DNA of 64,000 nt from Tubiluchus corallicola (GCA_030141605.1 JAQGDQ010000950.1:1-64000); one strand, 5' to 3'; shown: positions 26,948 through 38,770, counted from the stretch's first letter. The notes: generated from the letters alone by a model not told the origin. Program-made: numbers and translations.

Positions 26948-27565
26948 GACACTAGCGCAACTCGGAAATCGCTTTACCTCTCAGTTCAGATGTGTTAGTT
27001 TGTGACGAAATACACACGTTCGACAGCTCGTGCGTGAGTACAACAGTAAATGTGAAATTTGAATCTTTATCATAGAACTTGCCTAGTCTTATTACAACAC
27101 ACTGAATATTTTACAGTAGCACTGTACTTCAATTTTCACTTTCGCAAACACGTGCAACACGCTCGTGGAATGTTTTTGCTATTGAAAATTGTGTTAGTTT
27201 GTGATGTCATCAATAGTTAAGCTCGTCCGCCGTTAAGTAAGATTTTAAACTATTTAATTAACAGAAACGCTTTTTCAGTATTAACTGTGTTAAAATGTAT
27301 ACTTTTTATCAGATTTGAAAATGGGGTACTATGTGAAAAATCATCCTGTCTTCATTTAAAATGGGGTACAATATGAAAAATCATCCTGTCTTCCTTATGT
27401 GCCATTTCAATCAAAGCTCAATGGATGATATCATTCAGCGATGGTTTGTCAAACTGAAACCTACGCTGGCAAGCAGTCAGCTAAAGTTGGTAACAGTAAT
27501 GGCGAGAGGTTGATTTATACCAGTGTGCAAGCCTGGGCAACGTTTAATGTGTCGGTACGGTGAAT

Positions 27566-28620
27566 TGTTGTGTATACATACTAGAGCTAGACTGATGTTA
27601 TCAGGTTTGAGTGAAGCTGCTAAAATTTCTGTAAGACTGCAAGAAGAGAGAAGCGTCAGCGGGAATGAGAACGTAGCAGAGTTATAATAGGAAAGTGAGT
27701 GAGTGAGTGAGTGAGTGGGTGAGTGAATGAGTGAGTGAGTGGGTGAGTGAGTGAGTAAGCAAGTGAGTGAGTGAGTGAGTGAATGAGTGAGTGAGTGGGT
27801 GAGTGAGTGAGTGAGTGAGTGAGTGAGTGAGTGAGTTGTTGTGTATACACATGAGTGACTGAGTTATCAGGTGAGTGAATGAATTTCTGACTGAAGGAGC
27901 GAAGCGTCTGCGGGAATGAGAACGTAGCAAAGTTATAATAGGAAAGTGAGTAAGTGAGTGAGTGAGTGAGTGAGCGAGGGAGTGGGTGAGTGAGTGAGTG
28001 AGTGAGGGAGTGGGTGAGTGAGTGAGTGAGTGAATTGTTGTGTATACATACTAGAGCTAGACTGATGTTATCAGGTTTGAGTGAAGCTGCTAAAATTTCT
28101 GTAAGACTGCAAGAAGAGAGAGGCGTCAGCGGGAATGAGAACGTAGCAGAGTTATAATAGGAAAGTGAGTGAGTGAGTCAGTGAGTAAGTGAGTGAGTGG
28201 GTGAGTGAATGAGTGAGTGAGTGAGTCAGTAAGTAAGTGAGTGAGTGGGTGAGTGAATGAGTGAGTGAGTGAGTGAGTGGGTGAATGAGTGAGTGAGTGA
28301 GTGAGTGAGTTAGCGAGTGAGTGAGTGAGTGAGCAAATGAGTGAGTGAGTGAGCAAGCGAGTGAATGAGTGAGTGAGTGAGGGAGCAAATGAGTGAGTCG
28401 GTGAATGAGTGAGTGAGTGAAGAAAGTGAGTGAGTAAGCGAGTGAATGAATGAGTGAGTGAGTGAATGAGTGAGTGAGTGAGCAAGCGAGTGAATGAGTG
28501 AGTGGGTGAGTGAGTGAGTGAGTGAGTGAGTGAGTGAGTGAGTGAGTGAGTGAGTGAGTGAGTGAATGAGTGAGTTAGTGAGCGAGCAAGTGAGTTAGTG
28601 AGTGAGTGAGTGAGTGAGCA
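27566..28620. repeat. Composite repeat: ~130-bp modules alternating with (GAGT)n (mirror ~48565-49625)
   Basis: gttgtgtatacatactagagctag...gcgggaatgagaacgtagcagagttataataggaaa at ~27566 and ~28035, with a variant at ~27836-27945. Each is followed by (GAGT)n. Confidence 0.8.
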
Positions 28621-29117
28621 AGTACAGCCGAGCAGTTGTGTATTTACAAAAACCTGCTTTTACAGAACAGACATTATCAAGGCAAGCCAAATTTTTAGAC
28701 GGGGTGCCACCACGATGTTATTCTGATTTCGTGAACCAGCTGGTTGGTTAGTTAGTTGTTCGGTCAGTTGTAGAGAATGTGGTCAGCTTCAAGCTAGCAG
28801 AAAGTCGGTAATGTGATAACCCAATGACCTGGTGACCTAGTTCTACCCTGTTCTGGGGCACGACTTTCTTTTCCCTGCTTTGTCTTGTAACAAAACACAT
28901 TAGTGTAACTAGTATGAAAGACAAAACACAGTTCTATTTGCTGGCTTTTCTTGCTTACATACAATGATTTTGATTAATTAATGATTATGAATAAACGTTT
29001 AAACTTTAAATTTGCATGTTATTAAGCAACATTTTATTTTAATCAAATATCTAGACTGACTGAGAGAGAGAGAGAGATGAATAGTCCCTTGCTCAACTCG
29101 ATGCTCGTCTCCCCCCC

Positions 29118-29490
<373 letters not shown>

Positions 29491-30050
29491 AAAATCAAAT
29501 CAAAATTTAAGGAAAACTGGATGATTGTGTAAACACGAGTTCAGAATAAAGAATGCTCTAAAATATTGAAAACTATAAAAGCTTATTTTAAATCAAAGCT
29601 TAGATTAAATAATAATTACCTCGGATACTCAAATTTCGTTAAACTTTCATAGTTACGCGCGACTCAGTGAATCTACTGAGATTGGCAGCGGCGCCTTTTT
29701 GTCGCATTCGCGTGGCCGACAAATAGAAGGCGGTGCCATGATAAGCATGATTACGAACTGCAGTGTTAGTTTCTGACGTCGTATGATGTACCGTTTATTA
29801 AATTTGTAAGCTAATTATTCAAATATAAGGAACAATTGCTCACTTTTATAGGCAAGAAAATGTAGATTTTGGACGGTAAATTAAAATGAGATTAAGTCTA
29901 AACAATCGTCCAGTCTTCCTTTCAGCTGTCTCAACATTAGTCTGTATTCGAACTCCATACTCTTAGTTTGGAGTTGTGTAGGATATCATACCAGCTTTTA
30001 AGCTTTTCCTATTTTACAGTCTTGCAAGATTTTCTACAATTTTTCTTATC

Positions 30051-30052
<2 letters not shown>

Positions 30053-30122
<70 letters not shown>
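30053..30122. repeat. (GT)n microsatellite (mirror ~47043-47109)
   Basis: Read directly. Confidence 0.9.
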
Positions 30123-30126
<4 letters not shown>

Positions 30127-30489
30127 ACGACCGAAGTTAAACAGTGCTGGATCTGCTTAGTAATTGTAAGGGTGGTCATCAGTTTACCATATTATGAATA
30201 AACTTTTAAGCTTTAAATTTCCATGTTATTAAGCAACAGACATTTCAAGCAATTAATTAACCTGATTACGTTTACGTGTTTGCACTATAAGCCAAGTACA
30301 CTAAATTGGTGACTGGTTGACGGGCCGGTTAGTTGGTTGGTCTATTAGTTGGTCGGTTGGTTGGTTATCTAGTTGGTTGGTTGGTAAGTTGGTTGGCTGG
30401 TTAGTTGGTTGGTTGGTACTTGGTTGTTTGGCTGGTTCACTGCTTTTTGCTTGGTAGGTTGTTCAGTCGGCTGGTTACGCCAAGTAGGT

Positions 30490-30957
30490 TTGCACCCCGA
30501 TCCTGGAACCGCAAGAATGGATTCACCCATCAGCTGTTTAGCGAGTACAGCACACTGATCCTGGATCCGCGTGAATGGATTCTCCCCTCAGCTGTGTAGC
30601 AGGTGCAGCACCCTGGTCCTGGATCCGCGTGAATGGATTCACCCATCAGCTGTGTAGCGGGCACAACACCCTGATCCTGGAACCGCATGAATGGATTCTC
30701 CCCTCAGCTGTTTAGCGGGTACAGCACACTGATCCTGGAACCGCGTGAATGGATTCTCCCCTCAGCTGTGTAGCGGGTACAGCACCCTGATCCTGGAACC
30801 GCGTGAATGGATTCTCCCCTCAGCTGTTTAGCGGGTACAGCACCCTGATCCTGGAACCGCACGAATGGATTCTCCCTCAGCTGTGTAGCGGGTACAGCAC
30901 CCTGATCCTGGAACCGCACGAATGGATTCTCCCCTCAGCTGTGTAGCGGGTACAGCA
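30490..30957. repeat. 58-bp GC-rich minisatellite x8 (mirror ~46209-46676)
   Basis: gRtcctgga at 30499, 30557, 30615, 30673, 30731, 30789, 30847 and 30904. Confidence 0.9.
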
Positions 30958-31164
30958 TGGTAAACAGATACATCCTATTTTAAGATGGCTGAAAGATCTG
31001 GCGGGGACGCCGCTCCATTTTTAGACACGCATGTCCGGGTGTTTTGAAAGCCGCGCCGATGCTTCCCGAAAATTGCTGTTCCCGACTTTTTGTGTCTGTC
31101 AAGGTATCCCAACACTTTGTTGAAACAAATTATCTGGCAGAAATGTAAGTGTTTAAGATGGTGT

Positions 31165-31550
31165 TAGTATATTGTCAACCAATATGGAAAGAATTCCATT
31201 ACTAAGCAAGCAATGCAACTTTGGAATTCATTACCGACATCACTAAAACACAGCAGCTCTTTATCAATATTCAAGTCTAGATTAAAAAAAACATTTAATG
31301 ACTCGTTCTGAATATCCGACATACGAACACGATGATACTTACTCAAATCATAATTTCATTTTTCCTAGACCTTACTAAACTAGTTTATATTTTATTTTTG
31401 AATTTCTAGTTGCACTTATAGTTTAGCTTGCACCAGACGCATTTGCCCAGAACAGTGTATGTTTTTTATATGAACTAACACTGATTGTCTGTCTTTTATT
31501 ATGATGGTCAATGTTTTTAAATGGCAAATAAAGATTTTACTACTACTATT
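31165..31550 (+). mobile_element. LINE 3' end, L2/Crack-like (mirror ~45616-46001)
   Basis: A + frame reads NQYGKNSITKQAMQLWNSLPTSLKHSSSLSIFKSRLKKTF, followed by a 3' UTR, aataaa and (tac)n. Confidence 0.7.
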
Positions 31551-31711
31551 ATGACAGATAGGAACGAATGGAGTAAACAAAACGCTATTAAATTGAAACA
31601 TAAAAGGGAAAAAGTAAAGCAGGCAAAACTGGATTTGAACCAGGGTTTACAAGTCTGATGTCCTGTCGTCAGATCTTAATTCAGGTATTAAGGGTTTACC
31701 AGGCTAAACAA

Positions 31712-32026
31712 AGAGGGTTCTTAATAGCATTCTAGACCCCCGGGGCAAAGCAGTGCACTGGGGGACCCCTACCTACACAACCACTCACAGGAATAAGAAT
31801 GTAAATGGTTGATAAAATTAAATATATATTTATTGTATTGATACTTGCATCAAAATTAGTGTTTAAACATTTAAAACATGCTGTACAGTAAAGATTCATC
31901 AGTACAAACATTTGAACAAGGTAACATGAGCCTTGAGAAACTCTACGTAAATGTTAGCATGGGGTCCCCATGCTCGTGGGGCCCCGGGGCAACTGCCCAG
32001 CGTGCCGGTGCATTAAGACAATTCTG
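31712..32026. mobile_element. Degenerate hAT-like MITE (mirror ~45141-45454)
   Basis: Ends ...gggttcttaa and ttaagacaattctg, with gggcccc / ccccgggg subterminal motifs like the 6383-6992 element. Confidence 0.4.
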
Positions 32027-32226
32027 AGAAACGAAAAACTTCTGACTACAAAAATGATAATGGATTAATGACGATAAGCCTTCTCATAAGTTTCATGGTC
32101 TTAGGTGAAAGATCTTTGCTCTTAGAATCAGGACTCTATTTCTTTATTCTTTCGTTTAATTCATACAGTTTGACCAAAATTGTTATTCTGACCAAAAATG
32201 AATCATAACAAAATGAAAAAATAAAT

Positions 32227-32620
32227 GTTCTGTTCTGTTCCGTTCCATTCCGTACCGTATTGTACCGCTTTGTTCTGTTCTGCTTGTTCTTTTCTTTTCT
32301 GTTCTGTTCTGTTCTGTTCTGTTCTGTTTCATTCCGTACCGTATCGTCCCACTCTGTTCTGTTTGTTTTTTTCTTTTCTGTTCTGCTCTGTTCTGTTCTT
32401 TTCTGTTCTGTTCTATTTCATTCCGTACCGTATCGTACCGCTCTGTTCTGTTCTGTTCTGTTCTGTTTGTTTTTTCTTTTCTGTTCTGCTCTGTTCCGTT
32501 CTGTTCTTTTCTGTTCTGTGCTGTTCTGTTCTGTTCTATTCTATTCTATTCTATTCTATTCTATTCTATTCTATTCTATTCTATTCTATTCTATTCTATT
32601 CTATTCCATTCCATTCTATT
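32227..32620. repeat. (TTCTG)n/(TTCTA)n compound microsatellite (mirror ~44530-44940)
   Basis: Read directly. Confidence 0.9.
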
Positions 32621-33604
32621 CTCTTCCATCCTAGCTTATTCTTATCCTATATCTATTTTATTCTATTCCACTCCATTTTAATCTGTTCCATTCTATTATT
32701 CATTTAATTTTTATTTCGTGTTACTTACAGTTGAAATACTGGGATGTACACAAATAAATGTTTAACAAACGCTCATACAGGATGTTCAATAAAAATGCGA
32801 AATACAACTTCATTTCCAGAAAGGTACAGCAGCTTGCATAGTGTACGATCAACAAGCCTTTTTCGCGGTTTCGTTGTGCGCACGCGCAGTTGCTGTAGGT
32901 AAAAGGTTAGGTGTGCCACAGCAACGCGTCTTAACTACAATCGTCACGTGACATGTGGATAAAACAAAGCCTTCTGCGGCATCAGTCCAGTAACTTCAGT
33001 TGTTTTACGCGGACTTTACTTAATTATGCATTAGTCTGTGGGTAGAATGATTTACTAGCAGGATCTTGCTTGGGAACAAGAAAAAATGAACTAGGTAAGG
33101 TTCTAGCTAGCTGTTAAAACTGTTACTATTACAACAGCATGGGCTGCGAGGCGTTGTCAAGTGTACACAAATGCGTTATCTGGTACACTTAAACTTTGAC
33201 CTTTTCACGATCATTATCAATCGTTGAAACTGTGAAAAGGCTTATTGGGGGCATTGCTAGAATCGCTCTTTGGAACCACCACAGAACGTTTCACTGTCGT
33301 TCCAGCATTCCAGACGTTGCAAGACGAAGCCGTTGATTCAAAAGCTACGAAGCAGATATTGTGGCACCATCTAGTGGCACTTTCCGTGCACGAAGTGAGA
33401 TGAAGCCAAAAATGCTTGGTTTACTGCAGCGAAATTGTTTTCATTCTTGTGAAAAACGACTCAAAATGCTGTATAAACTTTGGCAGCGTTTGGTGCAAAG
33501 GTGACATTAATTAATAAATTCACAACATCTTTGGGCCTCGACAAGTGCCATCTGGTGGAGGAGAGAGAGAGCTCGCAAATGCCGTGCGGGAAATAGTCGA
33601 AACA

Positions 33605-33607
33605 GGA

Positions 33608-33638
<31 letters not shown>

Positions 33639-33685
33639 AGGGAGAGAGAGAGAGAGAGTGAGAGAGGAGAGAGAGAGAGAGAGAA

Positions 33686-33780
<95 letters not shown>

Positions 33781-33861
33781 AGAGAGAGAGAGAGAGAGAG
33801 AGGGGGAGAGAGAGAGAGAGAGGGAGAGCGAGAGAGAGAGTGAGAGAGTGTGAGAGAGGGG

Positions 33862-33931
<70 letters not shown>

Positions 33932-34035
33932 AGAGAGTGTGAGAGAGGGGGACAGAGGGGAGAGAGAGAGAGAGGGGGGAGAGAGGGGGAGAGAGAGAGA
34001 GAAAGAGAGAGAGAGAGAAACAGAGAGAGAGAGAG
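33605..34035. repeat. (GA)n microsatellite (mirror ~43091-43549)
   Basis: Read directly. Confidence 0.9.
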
Positions 34036-34049
34036 CGACATTGCCCCTG

Positions 34050-34608
34050 TTCTGATGGAGAGTTTTTATCGTACAGTAATTGAGAGCATCTTAACTACAC
34101 CTCTCAATGTTTGGTATTTCGCTACCAAGCAGGGAGATTGTAATGCTCTTGATCAAGTTGTTAAATCGACCTCAAAAATTATAGGAGTTGAACAACAATC
34201 TCTGGCACGTTTGTATGAATCTAGGGTCGCAAAGAGAGCGGAAGTTATCATGAAAGATGAATTCCATCCAGGTAATAAATATTTTGAAATGCTGCCCTCT
34301 GGTCGTAGATTCTGCTAAATTAACACTAAAACCACAAGAACTTTAAATTCTTTCCATCCCGTTGCAATTCGCACGATCAACAGTAAATTTCAGTAAATCA
34401 CCAATATTAATTCTCTATGTCACTGAACAACTGATTGACTTATTTCTGTTAATCTCCTTGTTGTTTCCATAACTTATTGCAGTTAGTAAAACTACAGAAA
34501 TTTCATTGTATGTATGAAGCTATAATGACAATAAATTGCTTGCTTGCTTGCTTATAAGCTGAGATAATGCAACATTTGAAATAAAAGCTAGCACACCACA
34601 TACAGTTT
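34050..34608 (+). mobile_element. Rex1/Babar-type LINE 3' fragment (mirror ~42515-43076)
   Basis: ESFYRTVIESILT...VWY...LDQVVKSTSKIIG...IMKDEFHPGNKYFEMLPSGRRFC*...TRTLNSFHPVAIRTIN is the Rex1/Babar ORF2 C-terminus with an in-frame stop. It is followed by caataaa and (ttgc)n. Confidence 0.85.
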
Positions 34609-35359
34609 CGTGACTCTAACCCTGTGTTTTTTAGTTACAAAATGGTCGCGAAAATAACTAACTAACTAACTAACTAAATAAATAAATAAAATAATTAACA
34701 ATTCGGTGTAAAGAATGAAAGATTCTGCTGTAATAAACATCTTTATAGTTTCGTTCTGCGCACGCGCAGTTGCTGTATGTCAAGTGTACCACAGCAAAGC
34801 GTCTTAACTACAATCGTCACATGAGATGTGGATAAAGCAAAGCCTTCTGCCTCATCAGTTCAGTAACTTCAGTTGTTTTACGTGGGCTTTACTTAATTAT
34901 GCACTAGTCTGTGAGTAGAGTGATTAACTAGCAGGATCTTGCTTGGGAACAAGAAAAAATGAACTAGGTAAGGTTGTAACTAGCTGTTAAAACTGTTACT
35001 GTTACAATAGCATGGGCTGTCAGGCACAAAGGCGTTGTCTGGTACACTTAACGTTAGACCTTTCCACGATCATCATCAATCGCCGGAACTGTGAAAAGGC
35101 TTAGTAAAACGAATGTGCGTGACGCCACAGTGTTGATGGTGACGTCACAGCAGAAAACGTTCGATAACATTCTACAGCATTTCCTGTGGAAAACCTTATT
35201 GCTATTGTTGCGGTGAAAGACAATGATGGCTCAGTTGCTACAGCAACAATTGTGGCACAAACTTACTGCATTTAACAGTTCAGCTGTAGTGAAATAACGC
35301 AATTTGAAACAAGAAAACAGGAACTTGGTTAAGTACACGTGAACGCATAAGACTAGTAC

Positions 35360-36424
35360 ATGACTAGAATAACTTCTCTCACAATGAGTGCCTCGGTATG
35401 GTTCAAAACCAGCAAACTTGTGGTGTTCACGTGGCTAAATTTTGCTCTCACCGAGACTTATGGTGGCGGAACTAATACAGAGGACAAGTACCCTGATTTT
35501 ATTTACCAAAACCTGCCCCAAGGCGGTTGTAGTTCCACCCGTCTGTTGGACAAAACTGCCGCTGGGATTCGTGTCGCGTCAGCAGGCGGTAATTACGTCA
35601 ATTGCAGCGCAATCGAGACCTGTCCCATCGGTCCGGAGACCGCGTGCAAGAGAGACTGCGCAGACTTTTTCATCAGCGGCGTGTCCGGTGGAAACTTCCA
35701 GGTTCTACGACGGTTAAACTGGACGGAGTACGAAGAATGTGGAGTGGAGTTGAAAGAGCGCACTGACAGCAGGAACAGGAACAAGAGAGTTTGTCTTTCC
35801 GTGGTGTTTAAAGAGAAGGTTTGCCGCATTGCTTCAATGAACTTGAAAGTGTACGAAAGCTTCAGTAGTGAACAATCGACAAATTCAAACGCTGGCAATT
35901 CCACGAAGCGATCTACAGGAAAACGGCGACGACGGCAACGGCGACAGCGACAGCAAGTACTTCAGCGAATAAGGGGGTTAATGCGCGAAGAATGCGAAGT
36001 ACTCCCGCGGTGGAATTTCCAATACCCCAGCGTTGCTAGTTTCGAATTCATCAACATGTCCTTCCCCCAAGAAGAAATGGCCTCCTACTTGTTCGTAAAA
36101 AAGGAATTCATCGTGTTTCACTATCACGCAAATTTCACGTTCGTTCCAACAGTGCCCGCCAGAGGGGTGCACGTTTGCCCGTTGGACTGGAACAACGCTT
36201 ATCGTCTCTGGGTGGGAATGGAACAGTGTAAGTGTCGAAAAGAGAAGGCAAAGACGAGCCAGACCCAGAGGGAAGACGCAGATGAGTGTGGAGGGCAGAA
36301 CGCATGCGCAAACAGGGAAGCAGGGGGAGAGGAAAGACAAACCTCAGAGCAGTTTTCAAATACTTCCGGGAGGCAGCGGAACAGGATGAAAGATCCGTAT
36401 GCAAAACAGGCCCAGAAAACATAG
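35360..36424 (+). CDS. Unknown intronless 354-aa Cys-rich, probably secreted protein, copy A (likely start Met9 at 35384)
   Basis: The only long non-repetitive ORF in the window, and visibly GC/CpG-richer than its flanks. Met9 has the better context (acaATG). It has a hydrophobic N-terminal stretch LVVFTWLNFAL, 14 Cys, six N-glycosylation sequons (NCS, NWT, NST, NMS, NFT, NTS) and a polybasic KRRRRQRR. AATAAA lies 39 nt after the stop. Confidence 0.75.
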   Translation: MTRITSLTMSASVWFKTSKLVVFTWLNFALTETYGGGTNTEDKYPDFIYQNLPQGGCSSTRLLDKTAAGIRVASAGGNYVNCSAIETCPIGPETACKRDCADFFISGVSGGNFQVLRRLNWTEYEECGVELKERTDSRNRNKRVCLSVVFKEKVCRIASMNLKVYESFSSEQSTNSNAGNSTKRSTGKRRRRQRRQRQQVLQRIRGLMREECEVLPRWNFQYPSVASFEFINMSFPQEEMASYLFVKKEFIVFHYHANFTFVPTVPARGVHVCPLDWNNAYRLWVGMEQCKCRKEKAKTSQTQREDADECGGQNACANREAGGEERQTSEQFSNTSGRQRNRMKDPYAKQAQKT

Positions 36425-36462
36425 GAAAAAAAGAAAATAGTTTATTATAGACCCTTGTGCAA

Positions 36463-36468
36463 AATAAA
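36463..36468 (+). terminator. Candidate polyadenylation signal of copy A (mirror 40654-40659, - strand)
   Basis: AATAAA shortly after the stop codon, followed by T-rich sequence and (TTG)n. Confidence 0.45.
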
Positions 36469-36570
36469 TACAGAATTCAAACCAGAAAAAAAAGACTAAA
36501 ATTTATTTTTAATTCAGGTTTGAAAATATTTTAAGCTTAGTACAAATTTAGCAAATTTAGCCTTATATTA

Positions 36571-36607
36571 TTGTTGTTCTTGCTGTTGTTGTTGCTGTTG
36601 CTGTTAC

Positions 36608-36644
<37 letters not shown>

Positions 36645-36646
36645 GC

Positions 36647-36708
<62 letters not shown>

Positions 36709-36710
36709 GC

Positions 36711-36742
<32 letters not shown>

Positions 36743-36747
36743 GTTGC

Positions 36748-36800
<53 letters not shown>

Positions 36801-36804
36801 TTGC

Positions 36805-36838
<34 letters not shown>

Positions 36839-36879
36839 GCTGCTGTTTTTGCTGTTGTTGTTGTTGCTGCTGCTGCTGC

Positions 36880-36916
<37 letters not shown>

Positions 36917-36931
36917 ATTGTTGTTGTTGTT
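36571..36931. repeat. (TTG)n tract at the inner end of the left arm
   Basis: Read directly. Confidence 0.9.
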
Positions 36932-37383
36932 GATATATTCGCTGAATTTTGTGTCCTACTCCGAGGAAAACCAGACAGATTCTTGAAAAGTTGCAGTTAA
37001 TAAATTTAGTCTATAAAAAGACTCAGTTGTAAAATTTCACGACATTCAACAAGCGGTACAAATTGCACGCAATAAATTACTCATCGTTTGCGCATCCAGA
37101 AACACACGACGTTTCAGTGCCTTTAGATTCAGTTGCAACCCCGGCCCTGGATCCGCCATCACGTTACTGTTTGAAAAATCGAGTCAAATTGAGCACGAGG
37201 TGTCGCAATTAGTTCATTGAATGGGAGAGAATGTTTGCTGTTTATGCTTCGCTTCGTTTAACAGCAGCAGATGTGCTCGAAGGCATAAAGGCATCTTTGT
37301 GCATTCTTGTCTAATAGGCGCAGGGCTTGTAGTTCTCGTTCTGCACGCAAGATGCCGCTGTTAAATGGACGCCAGTCGTTACC

Positions 37384-38770
37384 TATTGTGACGTCACAGT
37401 ATTGAAATGTTATTAATTCCACGTGTATTGGATTTGTGAATTAAGTATCAACATTGTACATTACAATTTACAACTTGTACTTTGCATGGGCTTATAGGCT
37501 TATGTACATCGAGAATCGTTTCTGTTATCGTATCTATTGCGTGAATTTTGCAAATTTTAATTAAGTATTAACTAATGAACTAGTCGTATTTTTGAATTAA
37601 CTATTTCGAGTTATTACATACTCGAGGTACGGTAATCAATTGTATATTTCTTTACTGCACATAGTGTAAATGCTGTGATCAGTAATAGTTACTGTGTTGT
37701 AAATCCACTCGAAATAAATAAAGTTTATGTCATGAAACTGTTACAACTTGCTACACGAAAAACGAAGAACAAGTCACTCAACATGTTGGATTTATTTTAC
37801 TGTTATCACTTAAACTGTTTGTGGTGTGCTAAAGGAAAGAACAAGTCACTCAGCATGTTGGGTTTATTTTACTGTTATCACTTAAACTGTTTGTGGTGTG
37901 CTAAAGGAAAGAACAAGTCACTCAGTATGTTGGGTTTATTTTACTGTTATCACTTAAACTGTTTGTGGTGTGCTAAAGGAAAGAAAAAGTCACTCAGCAT
38001 GTTGGGTTTATTTTACTGTTATCACTTAAACTGTTTGTGGTGTGCTAAAGGAAAGAACAAGTCACTCAGCATGTTGGGTTTATTTTACTGTTATCACTTA
38101 AACTGTTTGTGGTGTGCTAAAGGAAAGAACAAGTCACTCAGCATGTTGGGTTTATTTTACTGTCATCATTAAACTGTTTGTGGTGTGCTAAAGGAAAGAA
38201 CAAGTCACTCAGCATGTTGGGTTTATTTTACTGTTATCACTTAAACTGTTTGTGGTGTGCTAAAGGAAAAAACAAGTCACTCAGCATGTTGGGTTTATTT
38301 TAATGTTATCACTTAAACTTAGAAAAATAAAATACAGAAATTTGCAAAAAAACTGCCTATAAAGCATAAATTTAAGATATACCACCTCTGAATAGAAATT
38401 TTCCGGTGCCACCATTCACTTGAGAAAGTTATGACGTCATTGGTGGACTTCGCAACTTTCGTGGCTTTTCGTAAGAGCGCGCTGCTTAAACTAGTTCAAA
38501 CTTCTACAGCTTACCTAATGTTTACGCAAACTTATTACAAAATTAGTTATCTAGTTTTTTTTAAAAAGCTCGTTATACTTTTGACGAAGATTGACAGTGT
38601 GTTACTTTATTTCAAGACGAATGACGTCATTGGTGGAAGAATGGGTGTGGAAAATGGAAGTGCCCCAAGCATGAAGTGACCGGGACTTTAAAGGGATTTT
38701 ACTAATTACACCAGGCGCTTATTGCAGTTTTATTACTAAATCCTTCTAACATTTTTCTTGAACATTGAAA
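37384..38770 (-). mobile_element. Kolobok-like family copy in the spacer, with an internal 72-bp array (37765-38320, about 7.5 copies)
   Basis: 37384-37543 matches 52505-52664, and 38290-38770 follows ~52685-53140 and ~55075-55345 with more divergence. Array period is 72. Confidence 0.65.

Larger units (their letters stand above)
32870..35103 (+). repeat. Dispersed direct duplication: ~32870-33244 and ~34750-35103 (mirrors ~43910-44285 and ~42020-42375)
   Basis: Both copies run from tgcgcacgcgcagttgctgta through gcaggatcttgcttgggaacaagaaaaaatgaactaggtaagg to actgtgaaaaggctta. Confidence 0.85.

Noticed and set aside
32870-35103. LTR retrotransposon with the ~360-bp direct repeats as LTRs
   Set aside because: No TG...CA ends, PBS or target duplication found. 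The interior is a microsatellite and a LINE fragment.
35442-36422. Shorter overlapping and antisense ORFs within the 354-aa gene and their mirrors
   Set aside because: Expected shadows of a GC-rich CDS, with no independent support.
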